Shown: piece by piece, positions 23,300 to 37,370 of the stretch | Layout: the number at the start of each line of letters is the position of its first letter | How positions within the stretch are numbered: position 1 is the stretch's first letter | DNA from: Albugo candida | Taxonomy: Eukaryota | Reading direction: 5' to 3' | Assembly: GCA_040437565.1 (NCBI GenBank) | Contig: JBDOQK010000022.1 | Coordinates: 310,001 to 374,000 of the forward strand | Length of the DNA: 64,000 nt | Translations under genes and position numbers: made by a program | The notes under the pieces: model-generated | The model's database searches: none | What the model was told of the DNA's origin: nothing | Seen by the model: only the letters and a program-made list of their open reading frames with translations

Positions 23300-24450
23300 T
23301 CTAGTGATCTAAACGCTGCCTAGAATGTTTGCATTCCTTGTCTGCTTAGAGGTAACCTTGCAAATTTTAAGATCCTGTTCTTTTTTTTGGTCACTCATTC
23401 TACCCAGAATTATCTCGAGATGATGAGCGATATACTGGTACAGTACTCACTATACTCCACGGAGTAGGTTGATTTCTGGTCATCTTTGTTTGGCTCCCAT
23501 GTGAGGCATACAGAAAACCCAATAAATTATTATATCAAGAATCTTATTTTTTCATAAAGTATTTTCACGTTTTTTCGCATTTTCAAATCCTACTTGGAAG
23601 CATCGTCCATGAAGTATAAGTAGATATTCTTTTTCTCGAGCACTTATTACCGTATTCACACAATCTAAGTGTGTCATCCTATTTGGTGCTGGTCGTATAT
23701 CAAGAGCATTTCGCATCGTGCTCGGAACACGGTTTTGATCACTTCTCGACGATGCGAGCCCTTTCAAATAACCGTTTATGTCTTTCTTCATGTTGCTCCA
23801 CCAAAATGTATACACAAGTATCTGATGTGTGACCACAATGTCCCGATGTTCCCCGAAGCATTGTCAATAACATACCCTGGAATGAACGGAAAACATGCTC
23901 ACACTTAAATGAATATATATTCGGGATGTCGCAATTTTCCTCCCTATGACATGTGCTCATCAAAACATGACAGTTTTTTTGGTGGAACTTGGTCCTGTCT
24001 TCTGCGATCTCTATTATTATCAGTCATTGGATAAAGAATTACCCTGTAATGGTCAGAGAGCCGTTCAATTTGTACAGCTGCAAAAATGAAAACACGGTAT
24101 CGAAGCAACGGATGATAAATTTAACCAGACTTTCCTCGCTCCAATGATTATCGTAGATGAAATGGATGTCGAATTTCATCAAATATCTAGCTCAGCGCTC
24201 TAATTTGAGAATGGGTCCTTGGTGCTCCGTGAATAACCGTAAATGAATTGTGATCCGTATACCGATTGATGATTTGCTGACTACGAAAGATACAATCAAC
24301 ACGTTTTCATGTCGCAAAAACAAGAAATGATTTCTCCCTAAAGATGCTACATTGTTTTTGTGATCAGGTAATTTATAATCAGAAGTTTGTGGGGTGAAGT
24401 TGTATGTTTGCATTTTGGTGAATTGTTTGTGTTGTCTTTGTCACAAAATG
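23300..24450 (-). mobile_element. Decayed Ty3/Gypsy pol remnant (RNase H to integrase zinc finger)
   Basis: Minus-strand fragments FTEHQGP (TDH-like), GHCGH and FWWSNMKKDINGY resemble Gypsy RNase H and integrase HHCC regions. Boundaries are approximate. Confidence 0.6.
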
Positions 24451-25559
24451 ATTTTAGTGAGAAATGAAAATTTTCCGCTTTGTGATCGGTGCGACCACCA
24501 CCTGCAGTCGTAACATTTTCACATAAAGATTAGCAATGTATTTACTATTGTAGCATCCCAATCTATAAAACTTCGCACCAGGTTGCTTTGCAGATCAATT
24601 GCTACAACTCCCATTTTTTCGGGAAGCGACAAGATGAAATAATGCTAGATATCTCTAGGAATTGTTTGAAAGGACGTCCCCAGGGACAACATTTCTCCAC
24701 CAAAGCATTTCACGCTCCAGTAAAGAAGTATTCGATCTCAACTCCATTGTCGTGTTCTCCGTGAACATTCTGCTTATATGCACTGCGTGATAGTTTCAAG
24801 ACTGTAACGCTCTGGCAAGAAATCATGAAACCCCAGTGAAAGGTATTTTGGAAAATTGTGCGTTTCGTCGAGCCGAATCCCAGTGAAATCATGTTGATGG
24901 ACTATGTTAACCAGCCACCCATACCTCGATTTTTCCGAGGAAGGACGACCACGTGTCTCACAAGAGTAAATTCATTGGTGTCGAATTGGTCAAATCCGAT
25001 CTTAATATCAACTCGTATATATTCAAGATAGTCCAAAATGAAAATCATCAAACAAGTTTTTTAGTTATGCATCGGCTCACCAATTCGTAAGAAAAGAACG
25101 AATCAGACATCAGGAAAATCTAATATGAATCTGATGCCTCTACAAGAAGGTTGATCGATCGATTATTACTGATATAATGCGGGTCATCTATAACCATCAA
25201 CTTTGTAAGGGGTTGTTCGGGCTGTATCACAGCCAGTAGATTTTTAGCTTGATCAAGATCTGGCTCGGTCACAGGGATCTAGAGATAAAAAGCTTGAATA
25301 TGATAGACTAAGATTTATGTTCGGTTTATTTTCTGCGAAGATATGGAAATTCTAAATCCGAGTGTTTCAAGGGATTTGGCTTGGGCAGCAAAATTTTGGC
25401 CAGGTCAAAAAAAAAGAAAATACGATAGCCAATCAGAGGGCTTCGATTGTAGCCAATCAAATGGCTCAAGGTCTATAACGTGTTTAAAAAGTCGACCCTC
25501 GTTGCTATTTCTTTACACATACAATCAAAGATCATTTGTACACTTCATTCATCAGTTAC

Positions 25560-27000
25560 ACTAATCACGTTGATGTCCATCATGATAGAGTTGGGAACTC
25601 GACGGTGGAAGCGGTATTTTCTTCACGGCGTATGCAGCAGCCTTCTCCGTCAAATTTTTCCGATATACATCCATGTATCGAAACTATTTCTGTGCATGGC
25701 GTCGAATGGTTGTGAGGTGACGAATTCCAGAGCCTTAGGAACGATGCTCACCAGGCCCTTCCAGCTATAGTTGCAGTTTTTGCGAGCATAGAACTTGGCA
25801 GCACCCTAGAAGTTCTCAATGAAGTTTAACTCCCAGTAAAATTTGGATATAAATATTATCGTGCTTCCAGCAGCAACGATCAGTTCTTCCAACATGCCTT
25901 TCTGCTCCATGAAGTCCTGTTCGTGGTCAATCGTATTTCTTGCACAGCACATTGTTGACTCAAGGCACTTGTCCTCGCACTGGAGGCACATTCCATCTTT
26001 CCACAGGCCCCTCCCAGTTAAAACCACTTTCAATCGCTTTAAAGAAACTGAAAGAGATAGAAGAGATAAAACACATGATTCAATTGGATAGCGTTCATAT
26101 CAATAGCTCTATCACCTCGAAGAGTAACATGAGCATGAGTTTCAGGAAAGCACATTGGCTGGACTGTGCCATCTTCCATTCTCCCATTCTCCCATTACGA
26201 ATCTGTGGTTGTTTCAACCTGATCTTAAAGTCATTCTTTTCAATACAAGGGCATCAGTAGCAAATGTAGCATGACTTGTAGCATTGTCAAATGCAAAAAG
26301 GGCTTTGGATGTGGCGTACTCTGCCTCAAAGATTGAAATTGCACGATCCCTCACTTGTTTGAACAGATCTTCACCAGTGAACCACCCATCATAATTCTTG
26401 CCAGGGTGCGTAATAACACACGCTTCTTTTGAAATGCTGGGATGCTCAAGCAGGCTTCAAATTACACAGTGATAAGTGAACCCCAACAACAGACAAGAAT
26501 TTGCTGACATGAATCGATCTACACGATCCTTTTTCTAGAAGTGGTTGCTGTCCATCCTGGAGCCATAGATTCTTCTGACTATCGTGTGCTGCGAAGGTGC
26601 TTTCATCGTGTTTTACAAGAATGATCGGCGATCAAAGTGGCCAGGTTTCAATCTCCATATTCTTCCCCGAGACTATTGGCATCTGCACTTCAAGATCCGC
26701 CGTGCGCTTCAGGAAGATAGTACGGTATTCAAGAACGTCGAGGCGTTCATGACCATCGACGAGCATTCCTTTACCATTACCAAAATACTATAGTCCCAGT
26801 CTCTGTATCCATCGATTTGCGGTCTTAAAAGAAAACACTTTTGTTCTTCCCGCATTTGGAAGAATGTGATGATATACATGCTTGGTGAATTCAGCGGGGA
26901 AATTCTGCGCTTCTTCTCACGGAGATACAATCGGAATCTGGAAAGAACATCTTATCCATCAAAAGGCTGCGTGACCTGATATATTGGCCTTGATTGCTGT
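25560..27000 (-). mobile_element. Decayed IS630/Tc1-mariner-related DDE transposase
   Basis: Minus-strand motifs DGHER, ALFAFDNATSH (~26271-26300) and QDFMEQKGMLEELI....IIFISKFYWELNFIE (PKFHCELNxIE-type motif); multiple stops. Confidence 0.7.
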
Positions 27001-28418
27001 TACTAAGATGACGAGTGGCGAGATACATGGTTCCCCAAGTGAGAACCAATCGACAAAACTATGATCATTCCCGACTACCTGGAAAATGACCTTTGAGGCT
27101 TGAATCTTTTAAACAAATGAAGCATCATCAAAATTAAAACGATATGTTAATCCAAAAAATACACTCACTCAAAAAAGCAGCCTCTCATTACAGAATAGTC
27201 ATTTGAAAGGAGACGAAAAAAAGATGCGATAGCATCCAGTCGTGCCCGTTGAGCTTTGTTGGTTGTCGTTTTGTCCTGCTGGTCAAGTTTCGGCATTGCA
27301 GCCGCAAGGTATCCCTCGCCCTTGTCTTCAATTTCGTTATCATTCTCATTCTCGTCATCAGTTTGTCTGCTTTCGTTTTCATTGTCTGGTCCTGCTTGTG
27401 CATCTTAATATATAACTTGAAAATATGTCTCGGGTCGACGAGAAACAAGTGCAGCATTGCGTTTTTATGCACGTTTTCGTCGTAGAGTATGGCTCGAATT
27501 TCCAATGTACCGACTTGGACGGTTCTAAATAGAGTGTATTTTAAGTGCTGCAAAGTCTGCTTCAGTATCAATTGAACCCCCAGCCTCTTCGACCTCAAGC
27601 TCCGCATCCTCGTCCACCTCCATAACAGTAGGCCGAAAGTTTGGTTTTTTGAAATCGGGAGGTTGGGCAAGTTCTCTCTTAGAATTATAAGGCTAGCATA
27701 TCGCTCTGACAGCCTCACTTCAAACTTTTTTAAGATTTGACCAGTTTGAGCTGCTGTGAACATTTTTTGGGTGGTGCCATTGTGGTGGTAATGACAGGGT
27801 GCAATCAGAATTGGAAGGTGAGCGCGGAAAAGAAAATAAACAAAAAATATATTATAATATATTCTTATATCAAGCTACACTAATCCTGAATGGCTGATAA
27901 ATAGGTTATTGTCACTTTTGAAGTATAGGCTGCATAAAATTGAAAATTCTTAATTTGGCCGCAAAAAATCAGGAGTTGATGGTGATAGGTCCCGCGGTCT
28001 AAGTCTCAATGTACGTTTTCCTCATCATCCTATTTGGACAATTCGTGGTCGAGAGATTGAAGAAAAGTAATTGATTTAGGAATTGATAAAACACATCACT
28101 GAAGTGAAAAATTTCAGTTCAAGTTCCAATGAACAAGGGAAAACTTCTCTAAGTCCATACACTGGATTTTGCAGCCCCCCATGAGGGCAATAAGTAACCT
28201 TTCGTTCGATAGAGAAGGGTCAATAAATTTGAAAAGAATCGATCGCTATTTAAGTATCCAGGGATTCAGGAAGAAAATAGCTCAACCGTGACGAAGAATA
28301 CATGCCTTGATTTTATTCAGTCTCAAGCGCACATAGAACGAAGAGAGTCACAGAGAATATCAACGACTGCAAGCGGATGTTGACGATTACACTGAAGATA
28401 TTAGCTTACCACAATCAG

Positions 28419-31023
28419 TGTAGGGCACGATGGCATGCGAAAGATAATACATGTTTACGCAAGCGATGACGTCATCTAGAAATTAGGCAAAGAATCCAGT
28501 AAACAGTCAGCAGGCTTAGAGTAGCACATGGCTGGAATTAGTGACCTAATCGCACTTTAATTTCGTTTTTACCAGCTCCTGCACTAGCTCTAATAGCATT
28601 GGTTGGTCAGAAACTCTAACTCTGACGCGACCCTGACCGTGACCCTCACCTTAACTTCGCCTAACTTCGACCTCAGCAGGACCTGCTTGACGCCGATCGA
28701 TCAAGTGTCTAACGTTGGTGCGCAAAAGCCATTAGCGTGCCTTCAAATCTCGGAGCGCATGCAAAGCTTGCTTGCGATAAAATGGGGCAATAACAAGAAA
28801 TGTTTCGCAAGTTTGCCGAGGCGACTACGCTTAAGGACCTACAACTTTACGCAGGCAACGCTCCTTGTCAAAGTGTACAGATGCAAGAGTCGTTTGCTTG
28901 GTTTGAGAAACAAGTGTAGCAGTATTTTGAAGTAGGCGCGTCGAGTGAAGGAGCGCGGCGATGACAGCCACAAATATTCCTACCATCGGAAGCTGCTCAA
29001 CGGCACAGCATCAAAGTGGTTTGTCTTCTCGCAGAACAGCGTTAATACTGTCGGTTAACTATTCTTTCATATTAAGCAAGAGTCTTTATCCACAGACCTA
29101 CAGATCCGGCTTCGTGGTAGACCTCGGAATCTCACTCAAGCGCAGTGTCGAGAGCTTAAAGAGTTTGTTAATCGCTTCCGATAGCTTTGATTCAAGTGCG
29201 TAACATGACTGACGTCGACTATACCTTCTACTTCACTCAAGGCCTGAAAATTAAGACACATGCCGAAGCTGAGTGTTGTCGTTGCTCGTCTCTTGGTAAG
29301 GCAATATATGTCGTATACGACTTCGAGCGTTCACGTTTTGGCATAAGGGGTTAAAGTATCAGCAACAATTTCCTCGGTCAGAAAAGAGTACTCATCGACT
29401 CTTCGAGGATTCCCGACCCAAGCTAATAGATATTGACAACGTGCAAGTAGTGTCACGAGAAGAGTGCTTTCAACGCAAGTTGTGCTTCTATTGCAACAAA
29501 CCAGGACAACAACTCGCAGAGTGCCCGACAAGGCCAAAAATCCGAGCACTATATCGGGGCCGAGCGCGTGTGTGAGCATTATCGAGAGTGTTCAAGATAG
29601 AAGTGGAGAGGCTGACAAAGCTATCGTGTGTGATCAATTTACGGTAACTTCGGTACGAGTTCATTTGGTCAACAAGCAGACTTATTCGCTGCGAAAGCAC
29701 GGTACAATTGTTGGTACGCAGCACCGCCCATGTAAAGTACGATTTTGGAGCATCGACAAATGTGATTCAGTCTTGCTAGCCTCTAGAGTTATCAATACGC
29801 AACGAGGACAGTCAACGCGCTTTGATGGGTCCCTTACCACGCNNNNNNNNNNNNNNNNNNNNNNNNNNNNNNNNNNNNNNNNNNNNNNNNNNNNNNNNNN
29901 NNNNNNNNNNNNNNNNNNNNNNNNNNNNNNNNNNNNNNNNNNCATCATGGACTACCGGTGGTCATCATCAATGATCCAGAACCAAAGTGCACTTTAAACT
30001 TTCAGAATTCGCCAACGGCCATTATGGGCACCGCCCTGTCAATGGCGACAGCACATCGCGCACAGGATCACTGTTAGACTGAGCGACAGAATTGAATTTT
30101 GGAGAATGCGCTACGCTGCATGGTCTAGTGCCATGGCGACGACTGGTAAACTAATCTCCAGACTATCGAGTCTGCTCATGAAGCTTTGGTGAGAAAGGCA
30201 ACACAGCCACCACATTTTTATGATTTACACAGGTCATCAGGTCAGCAATGCTTTTTTTGTAAATTTCAATGGCGTCGGAAAGAACCTACCTGTAGCCGAG
30301 CACGCAAGACATTTTGCAGGCATAGCAAAGTAGTATGAAATCATCACAAAACAACCTGTTCCAGGCTCAAGAAAAACAAAAAGATTCCTACGAGAGGAAA
30401 CGAAGCAACGAGTCCTTCAAGGCTGGAGACACAGTCATCTTTGCTGCAGACAGCTCAAGCTACGTCATCAGAAAATGGTACACGAATAGAAAAAGATGAA
30501 GCTGTTGGCGAAGGAGATCGGACCGTTTCAGATTACAGAGAGGATCAACAAAAATAATTCCAACCATGCGCAGCCACGGAACTTCAGCAAGTTGCATCCC
30601 AGTTTCAACATCGAAGTTTGAAGCCTTTCGTCCAAACCCCGAGGGGACTCAGCAGTCGCCCGGTCCTAAAAGCAGTGCCTGTAATCCTCGAGGAGGAACC
30701 CGGTAGCGAGTTGTACATTGTAGAAGCGCTGGTCAAGAAACGTGTTTGTACCTGGAAAAGGGAAACGAATATGCGGCATTTGTCGCATTGCGGGACCTGG
30801 TACACGATTTCATGAGATTCAAATCGCTAATTCCGCTCGGGAAGGATGTAGGGTTCGACGAAATGCGAAAGACGATACATTTATACGCAAGCGATGAAGT
30901 CATCGACGAATCAGGCAAATAATCCAGTAAATGAGTCGGTAGGCTTGAATTAGCACATAGTTGTGAACTAGAACCTCATTGATATTGAACTTCAATTTCG
31001 TTTTTACCCGCTCAAACACTACA
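28419..31023 (+). mobile_element. Ty3/Gypsy chromovirus-like LTR element, internally deleted or collapsed
   Basis: LTRs at 28419-~28589 and 30847-31023 (TGTAGGG...ACTACA). Perfect 5-bp TSD ATCAG at 28414-28418 and 31024-31028, with a purine tract before the 3' LTR. Gag FTQGLK, knuckle CFYCNKPG, chromodomain-like start ELYIVEALVKKR. N gap at 29843-29942. Confidence 0.88.
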
Positions 31024-31312
31024 ATCAGAACCAAGTAGTTCTCATCGACAAGATGACCATCTGAAGGAATGGGTGATGATATCTCTCATTAAAAGTCTTG
31101 AAGATAGAGCAAAATTTGTTCACAAGCAAGCGGAAGTGCGTCAAAGAGCGCAATACAGTAGTGTGCGAAGGTGAGGGCTTTTTGAAGATTAGAAAAGCTC
31201 CAATGTAGAAAGCATTTTTTACACTAGGAGCAGTTTGAATTTTACGAAAATCTTTAAAGTAAGTCAGTTTGATTATAATACTATTAAAGTATTTTTGCAT
31301 CAATTTTTTTAT

Positions 31313-31420
31313 GGGTGTGACTGTTGCCACAGACGTTTTGACTAATGCCACAGACAAAAAACATCTATGATTGGCTAATACGTCTGATTGGCTAATTTGT
31401 GTAGACCAATATGATTCATT
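31313..31420 (+). repeat. Isolated TIR-like end related to the nested MULE at 45753
   Basis: GGG..GCCACAGAC...GCCACAGACAA double motif as in the 45753 TIR, followed by two TGATTGGCT boxes; no partner end found. Confidence 0.45.
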
Positions 31421-31699
31421 GATAGGATGCCTACATCACTGCATCTACCTAAGATACATAATAGAGTTTCTTATTTGAAGTTGTTAGTGCACTTCTTAGA
31501 GTCCGAGCGGTGCCCTGATACACCACAAGCTCTGCATAAACGTTTTTGGGGTTTTTCCTTGGGTTCCACATACTCAAACCCAGATTAATTGCGTCGCGTC
31601 CATCCATTTTGTTGGCGCGGCCTTCCGTTGGAGCGCGCATTACTGGCTCTTGCAAACTTTTCGAATTTTTTCCGTAAGTGTCTGAAGTTCGTCGAGTGT

Positions 31700-32109
31700 C
31701 GTGGCCTACTGATGTTCTGGCAAGGCCCCAAAGCAGGTGGCCACTTAAGCGAGGACACGTCCGGTAGAGCGAAGAATATCGATGTGCGATTCAAGTTTGT
31801 CAAAGATCTGGAGAAAAAGAAGATGATGAAGGTGCAGTACTGAGAGTCCAAAAAAAATGCGTGCGGACATTCTGACCAAGACCCTCTCAGCGCCACGAAT
31901 CAGCGAGCTCCGCGGACTTATGGTACTCACCGGGTAAGTATGCCCACACGGAAATGAGTGTTGTAGAAGCGCAACTACTGAGGTGTGAATTTATGACTGT
32001 TGATGTGGTCAGACGCGACTGTTGATTTAACGGACACGGAAGGTAACTAGGATAACAAAGAAAAATACATTCAGTTCCTAATTATTTAAATCTACATGTA
32101 AGCTCAACA
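31700..32109 (+). mobile_element. 3' remnant of a second Copia family (RNase H end plus short LTR)
   Basis: RAKNIDVRFKFVKD (RxKHID motif) and frameshifted ADILTK; putative LTR TGTTG(31959)...TCAACA(32109). Confidence 0.7.
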
Positions 32110-35100
32110 GCAGGAGAGAAGAAAGGAAATGCGAAAACGTGGAAACGTGTAAGGTATTATGTATCTATCTTACGTAGACGCAGTGATATATCGATCAATT
32201 TTAATCGGTTTACACAAATTTGCCAATTACAGATGTTCTGTCTGTGGCAATAGTCAAGACGTCTGCGGCAAAATAGTCACATCCTTTTTTATATCACTTA
32301 AAAAGGCTTTCGCACTTATTTTATTCAAGAATATGCAAGCATAGCTCCAGTAAAAGAAGAATATGAGATGAATATAGAAAGATTGGAGTACGAGGATGAA
32401 ANNNNNNNNNNNNNNNNNNNNNNNNNNNNNNNNNNNNNNNNNNNNNNNNNNNNNNNNNNNNNNNNNNNNNNNNNNNNNNNNNNNNNNNNNNNNNNNNNNN
32501 NCCTTTTTTATATCACTTAAAAAGGCTTTCGCACTTATTTTATTCAAGAATATGCAAGCATAGCTCCAGTAAAAGAAGAATATGAGATGAATATAGAAAG
32601 ATTGGAGTACGAGGATGAAATGCTTGGTCACACTCAGAGTGAGGAACGGCTGATGGTCGGGTAATGATGGCCTCCACAGGAGAAAAAGCACGACCACAAC
32701 GTGCCAAAGAGCAACTTGATGATAGAAGCTTGGATTTATAGGTGCTATCTGGTGTATGAAAAGAGAATATCAGTTTTGGACTAAACAGTAAGAGAAACCT
32801 GTTTAGGATGCCAGTGGCTGCCTGCATCGATCAGAATCCAACTTTGGATTGTATGTCTATAATCTGCAATATGATGATTCGAATATTTTCTAGGATGGAT
32901 TTCTGCAGTACTTTTATGGGCAAGAAATGTGAAACTGAAAAGATTGGATTACTGTACTGTACAAAGAAATGTAAAAGAAGCAATTGAAGACGAATATAGA
33001 TGGTCCATTGAGAAGGGTTAATGGCCCATGACTCCTTGGACATCCTTTACAGCACATTCTACCAAGTAGCAGCCGAGGTTTATGTTAAATGTTTGATTGT
33101 CTCCAATCATCTTGTTGGGTGGGGTCTTTCGATAGAAATCGATATCGTGTCAAAGGTATATCAAAGATTGTTTGACGAATACAATAAACCTTGGCAGACT
33201 TGGAATAGGCTCCATGTTGCATGCAAGGGTCCAATAAGTATATCGAGGATGTTGAAATAGTGCGAAATACGTCGATGGTGCACCGCTTCTGCTGTCATCG
33301 CCTATAACACAAGAAGCTACCAATCACCTTGTCCAATTTTTTTAACTAGGTGAACAATATACCGGACGGATTTCCGAAGCAGAAAGGTTTCGCACCGATG
33401 GAAGCTGCTTAAATCACAGTCAAAATGACTTATCTGAGGAAGAAGCCGTGTTCTCTATACGTTTCTTAGCCAAAGATATTGGACGGTTCCCAATGATAAT
33501 ACGCACTGGTTTACAGAACTAAGAGTGGCAGTTCCACTGGACGGTCTAGTTGCATGACGTTGAGATGCATTCCGTCAAGTATAATTCCACGGCTTCATGT
33601 GTATGAGCCCAACAGCTCTCTCTATATCGAGGCAATGCTTTTTAGAACTTTACATAAATACGTATTAGAGTGATGATGGACGTCAGAAAAAGTTTGCTCA
33701 TTTACAAAATTTACAACAGAGTGGAGTCAAGCAGAATTATGGTCTCTCTACAAAATGTTGTTCTGTGAATATTGACACGCTAGTGTGTACTTGGACACAA
33801 CCAAGTAAGGTTTCCGAAAGAGTAAAATATTTCTTAATGTTAAATTGCCTCCGATGACGGATTTCGCCACATTCCTGAGACATGCGAGCTTCGTTTGACT
33901 TTCACCGTGTTTCTTGCATATGCGAGACTAATCGAAGCTTAGCATCAGCTAAACTAAGTCTAAGTTGAAAGAAGCAGTTGACCTGCGCCATGAATAAATG
34001 ACACGAGCTTCAAAGCAGGATATGGAATTACTATGGCTTTTCCTTGTTTTTTTGATAAAATTGCACTATAGCTGCTGTCCACACAAAACGCACGGTAAAA
34101 GAACCCATTCTCATCAAGTTCGGATGGACTACCAAAGAAACTCACTACACTGTATAGATGAAAGGTACCCTACAAACCGTATTCCGATGACACACCCAGT
34201 TGACTATTTGACAATTGGTATGTCTGTCGATTCCACCTATGATTAGTAGATCGAGCAATGTTCTCCCTCGCAGACGTGTACCACTACACCTCATGTTTCT
34301 CAGTAGATTGATTAAATAGTCACAAAAAATTGGAGTATCGTTGTACTAAATCATTCGTCATTGTGTATATATGAAAGCGTGCTAATTATCGCTTGTTCAA
34401 TAAAATAGAAGTTGCTTTAAGGTCACCGCAATCTCAAAACCATTTGCATCCTTCAATACCCAATATCAATTTCGCAAGCTCAAAACGACAGGCTATATAT
34501 TTAACCATTTTGTACTATCCCATGTACAAAACGTTTTGAGTGATGAATGTCTGGCCAGACAACCTGTGCTTTGAATATCATACCATGCTTTCATTTTATC
34601 AATTTTACAACTTGACTCGATACATCTACCGTCTCTCGACAAATATTTCTCAGGGCTAATTACATAAAAGAGATCAAAGAGATGAAGATAGAAATAAAAA
34701 CATATAGCTCCATGTTTCATCACCGAAAATGAAGTGCTTTTTTTTGAGGCGATGGCCTATGTCGAAAATTGTGACGCCACACATTTGCATCCCTCAAAAG
34801 ACTTACTTCTGCATTAGATTTTTTTTCTTGTAGCCCTTTCAGTTGTAGTTGCCATGAAGGTACTGAAGTCGCTTATCTGATGATGATAAATCAACATAGC
34901 TGCACCAAGTTATAGAAAGATTTAAACATTTCAATAAAGCATTATCTGCATCTTTGAGGTGTTGAGCATTGAACAAAACTATGCGTATAGACCTCCGAGG
35001 GTGGACCTTCATCATTTCAAATGCAGATAGATGATGAAGTTCGACCAACATCATATGCTGGGAAGTGCTAAATGTAAGAGTAACTTCGCATCATCCAATG

Positions 35101-37370
35101 ATGATGACTTCAAGTACGATTTTTTGATTCCAAGCCCGTCATCAGACTTAAATACAACAGCTGGTCGCTTGATGATACAGTTTTTGATCTTCCATTATGC
35201 CACACTTGGTCTCAGACGAAGGCATTCATTTGTAAAATGAGCTATACATCCAGCGGGTACTAGAGCCGAGATATCCCTCTATCCCGTCAGTATCCCCGTA
35301 TACAAATGATGACTGAGCGAGTGAATAGGAAGGTCATAATCTTACAAGTGTACAGCTCAGTTAATGGAAAATGCAACCAGACCAATAAGCAGAGATTGCT
35401 CCATCGATAAATAAAATTTGGGTGCAGGTAACATCCGGTTTTCCTCGATGGAGAAATCTGATAACTTGGTATTACTGGATAATATATATAGTTCTAGATA
35501 ATAAAACTGTCGGGACGGGGACAACTTTCCAGAATATATCCTTCCTGAAGAAATACAAGAGACATAGATACCAGAAGATTATACGACAGGATGTGCGGGG
35601 GCGCAATTTACAGCCAGTGTGAACTTCGTGTGAGTTTAAATGTTGTTGCCATCTGCTGGACTGGTTGTTTTGAATACACAGAAGAATCGAGTAGACTTAA
35701 CGAAAAAAGAGTCCATATTGCTCAGGGAAAGAGCTTACTTAGTGATTTCCAATAACTGAGCTGGGGGAATTCGAAATTGGACGCGAATGTCTATTGCTCT
35801 TCAATTACGTATAGATGTAATATCTTCTAATTAGTTTTCTTACAAGCCTCATGATATCGTTAATTAGCAAATAAGATTAGTTCGTTTGAAATGGAAGCGA
35901 TATATTATTCGTCAACACGAGATTCGCTGCGCTATGCAGTGATTCAAAATAATCTCGCCTTATTTGTTTTGACATCCGATGCTGTATGTAACACTCAATA
36001 TCACCTCTTAACGTCCGCACGCTTGTGAAGTTGGTTGATATTGGCTTATACCTCCAGGGATCAGACATTATCTTTCGTTGGTAGAATGTCCCAAATAGAA
36101 AACATGCTCAATTACATTCGCTCTCCACTAAGCTACGGTTGAGGCAAAATATGAATCCTTCATGAATCTACGACCAATCTTCTTCTTCAATTTTACCTGT
36201 CTTTATTTGATTGGTGTGGATCAAGCACATGTATTCTTTCTAATCATTTATGAAGATTCACACAAGCAACAGATGTATCTCATTTGCACCTATAGTGAGA
36301 TTAGCAATATATATAGTGAAGTCGCCTCTCTCGGATCAAGTTCATATTAGTCTCGCGTTGTGTTGATTTTCTCTTGTATTTCGATTTTATAACACTACCT
36401 CCAGAGGTGGCATAAGACTAGTTGTACCTTGAAGGACTTGATGCGTATGCTATAGAATTAGTCATAGAAAAAAAATTGTATCCTGAGTAGATTCATGTTT
36501 CTCTCAAATGGATCGCTATGACTTTTTTGAACAGGAGGACTGAAATCATCAAACTTAGATTAAGAACGCTGATAGAATCAGCAAAGGCTTTCAATCCATT
36601 ACAGCTGTATGCGCCTCACTCATGATTATTTTTATTTTGCTCTCTTCCATGCCGCTTTGACATACTGCACGTCTATGCTGTAGTTACTAACTCTTGATTG
36701 GCGTCGTCACGATGAGGTTCGTTTTAAATTCACATGCATTTTACGAGCAGACAAAGAAATCTTGTCTTTTTTTATTTTATTTTTTTTTCCGTTGGATTTG
36801 CCTCAAATCAGCACGCGTAATTCGAATTTTTGATAAGTTATGTGGACTCGTACCGAATATGATGACCTATTTGGCGAGAAATAGCTTACAATCCAGTGCG
36901 TAAAGATCCCGAGCTGCTTCTTTAGAGGCCGCAATTTTCCTGAATACTCTATTTTAAGTGAGAAGAAAGTGTGTTTGGACGTCCTTTAATATCGTCAACT
37001 CGTCGATCTTCTTGGATTATTACCTTTACGGTTGCTTCTTACGCGAAGGAAAGAGATAAATATGATGCTAGACTTCAGATGTAGTCCCTAGATATATTTT
37101 TGCTTCTTTCTTAATTATGAGGAATGCAGTGTACCCATGAATAAGACGAATTGGTCATCACTATCAGAAAGAATGGATCTGAAAAATAGATGTAAAGAAT
37201 TTGTATATTAGAGCAGCAGGAAGTCGAAGAAGAAGTCTAATAACTGTCATAACTGTCTACGAATTACAACGTTTCATTCAGCAGACGTTTATTTCAATAA
37301 AATGCACTTCCATACGTCAACAGTAGAAAAAATTCAGCTATAATTAAGCGAATTAGAGAGAAGAGAGGTA

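Noticed and set aside
27188-27763. 191-aa ORF as a host gene
   Set aside because: Low-complexity sequence adjoining the decayed DDE transposase on the same strand; probably part of that element.
32500-37300. Short ORFs as genes or extra CCG relics
   Set aside because: No CCG motifs, recognisable domains or consistent reading frames found by eye.
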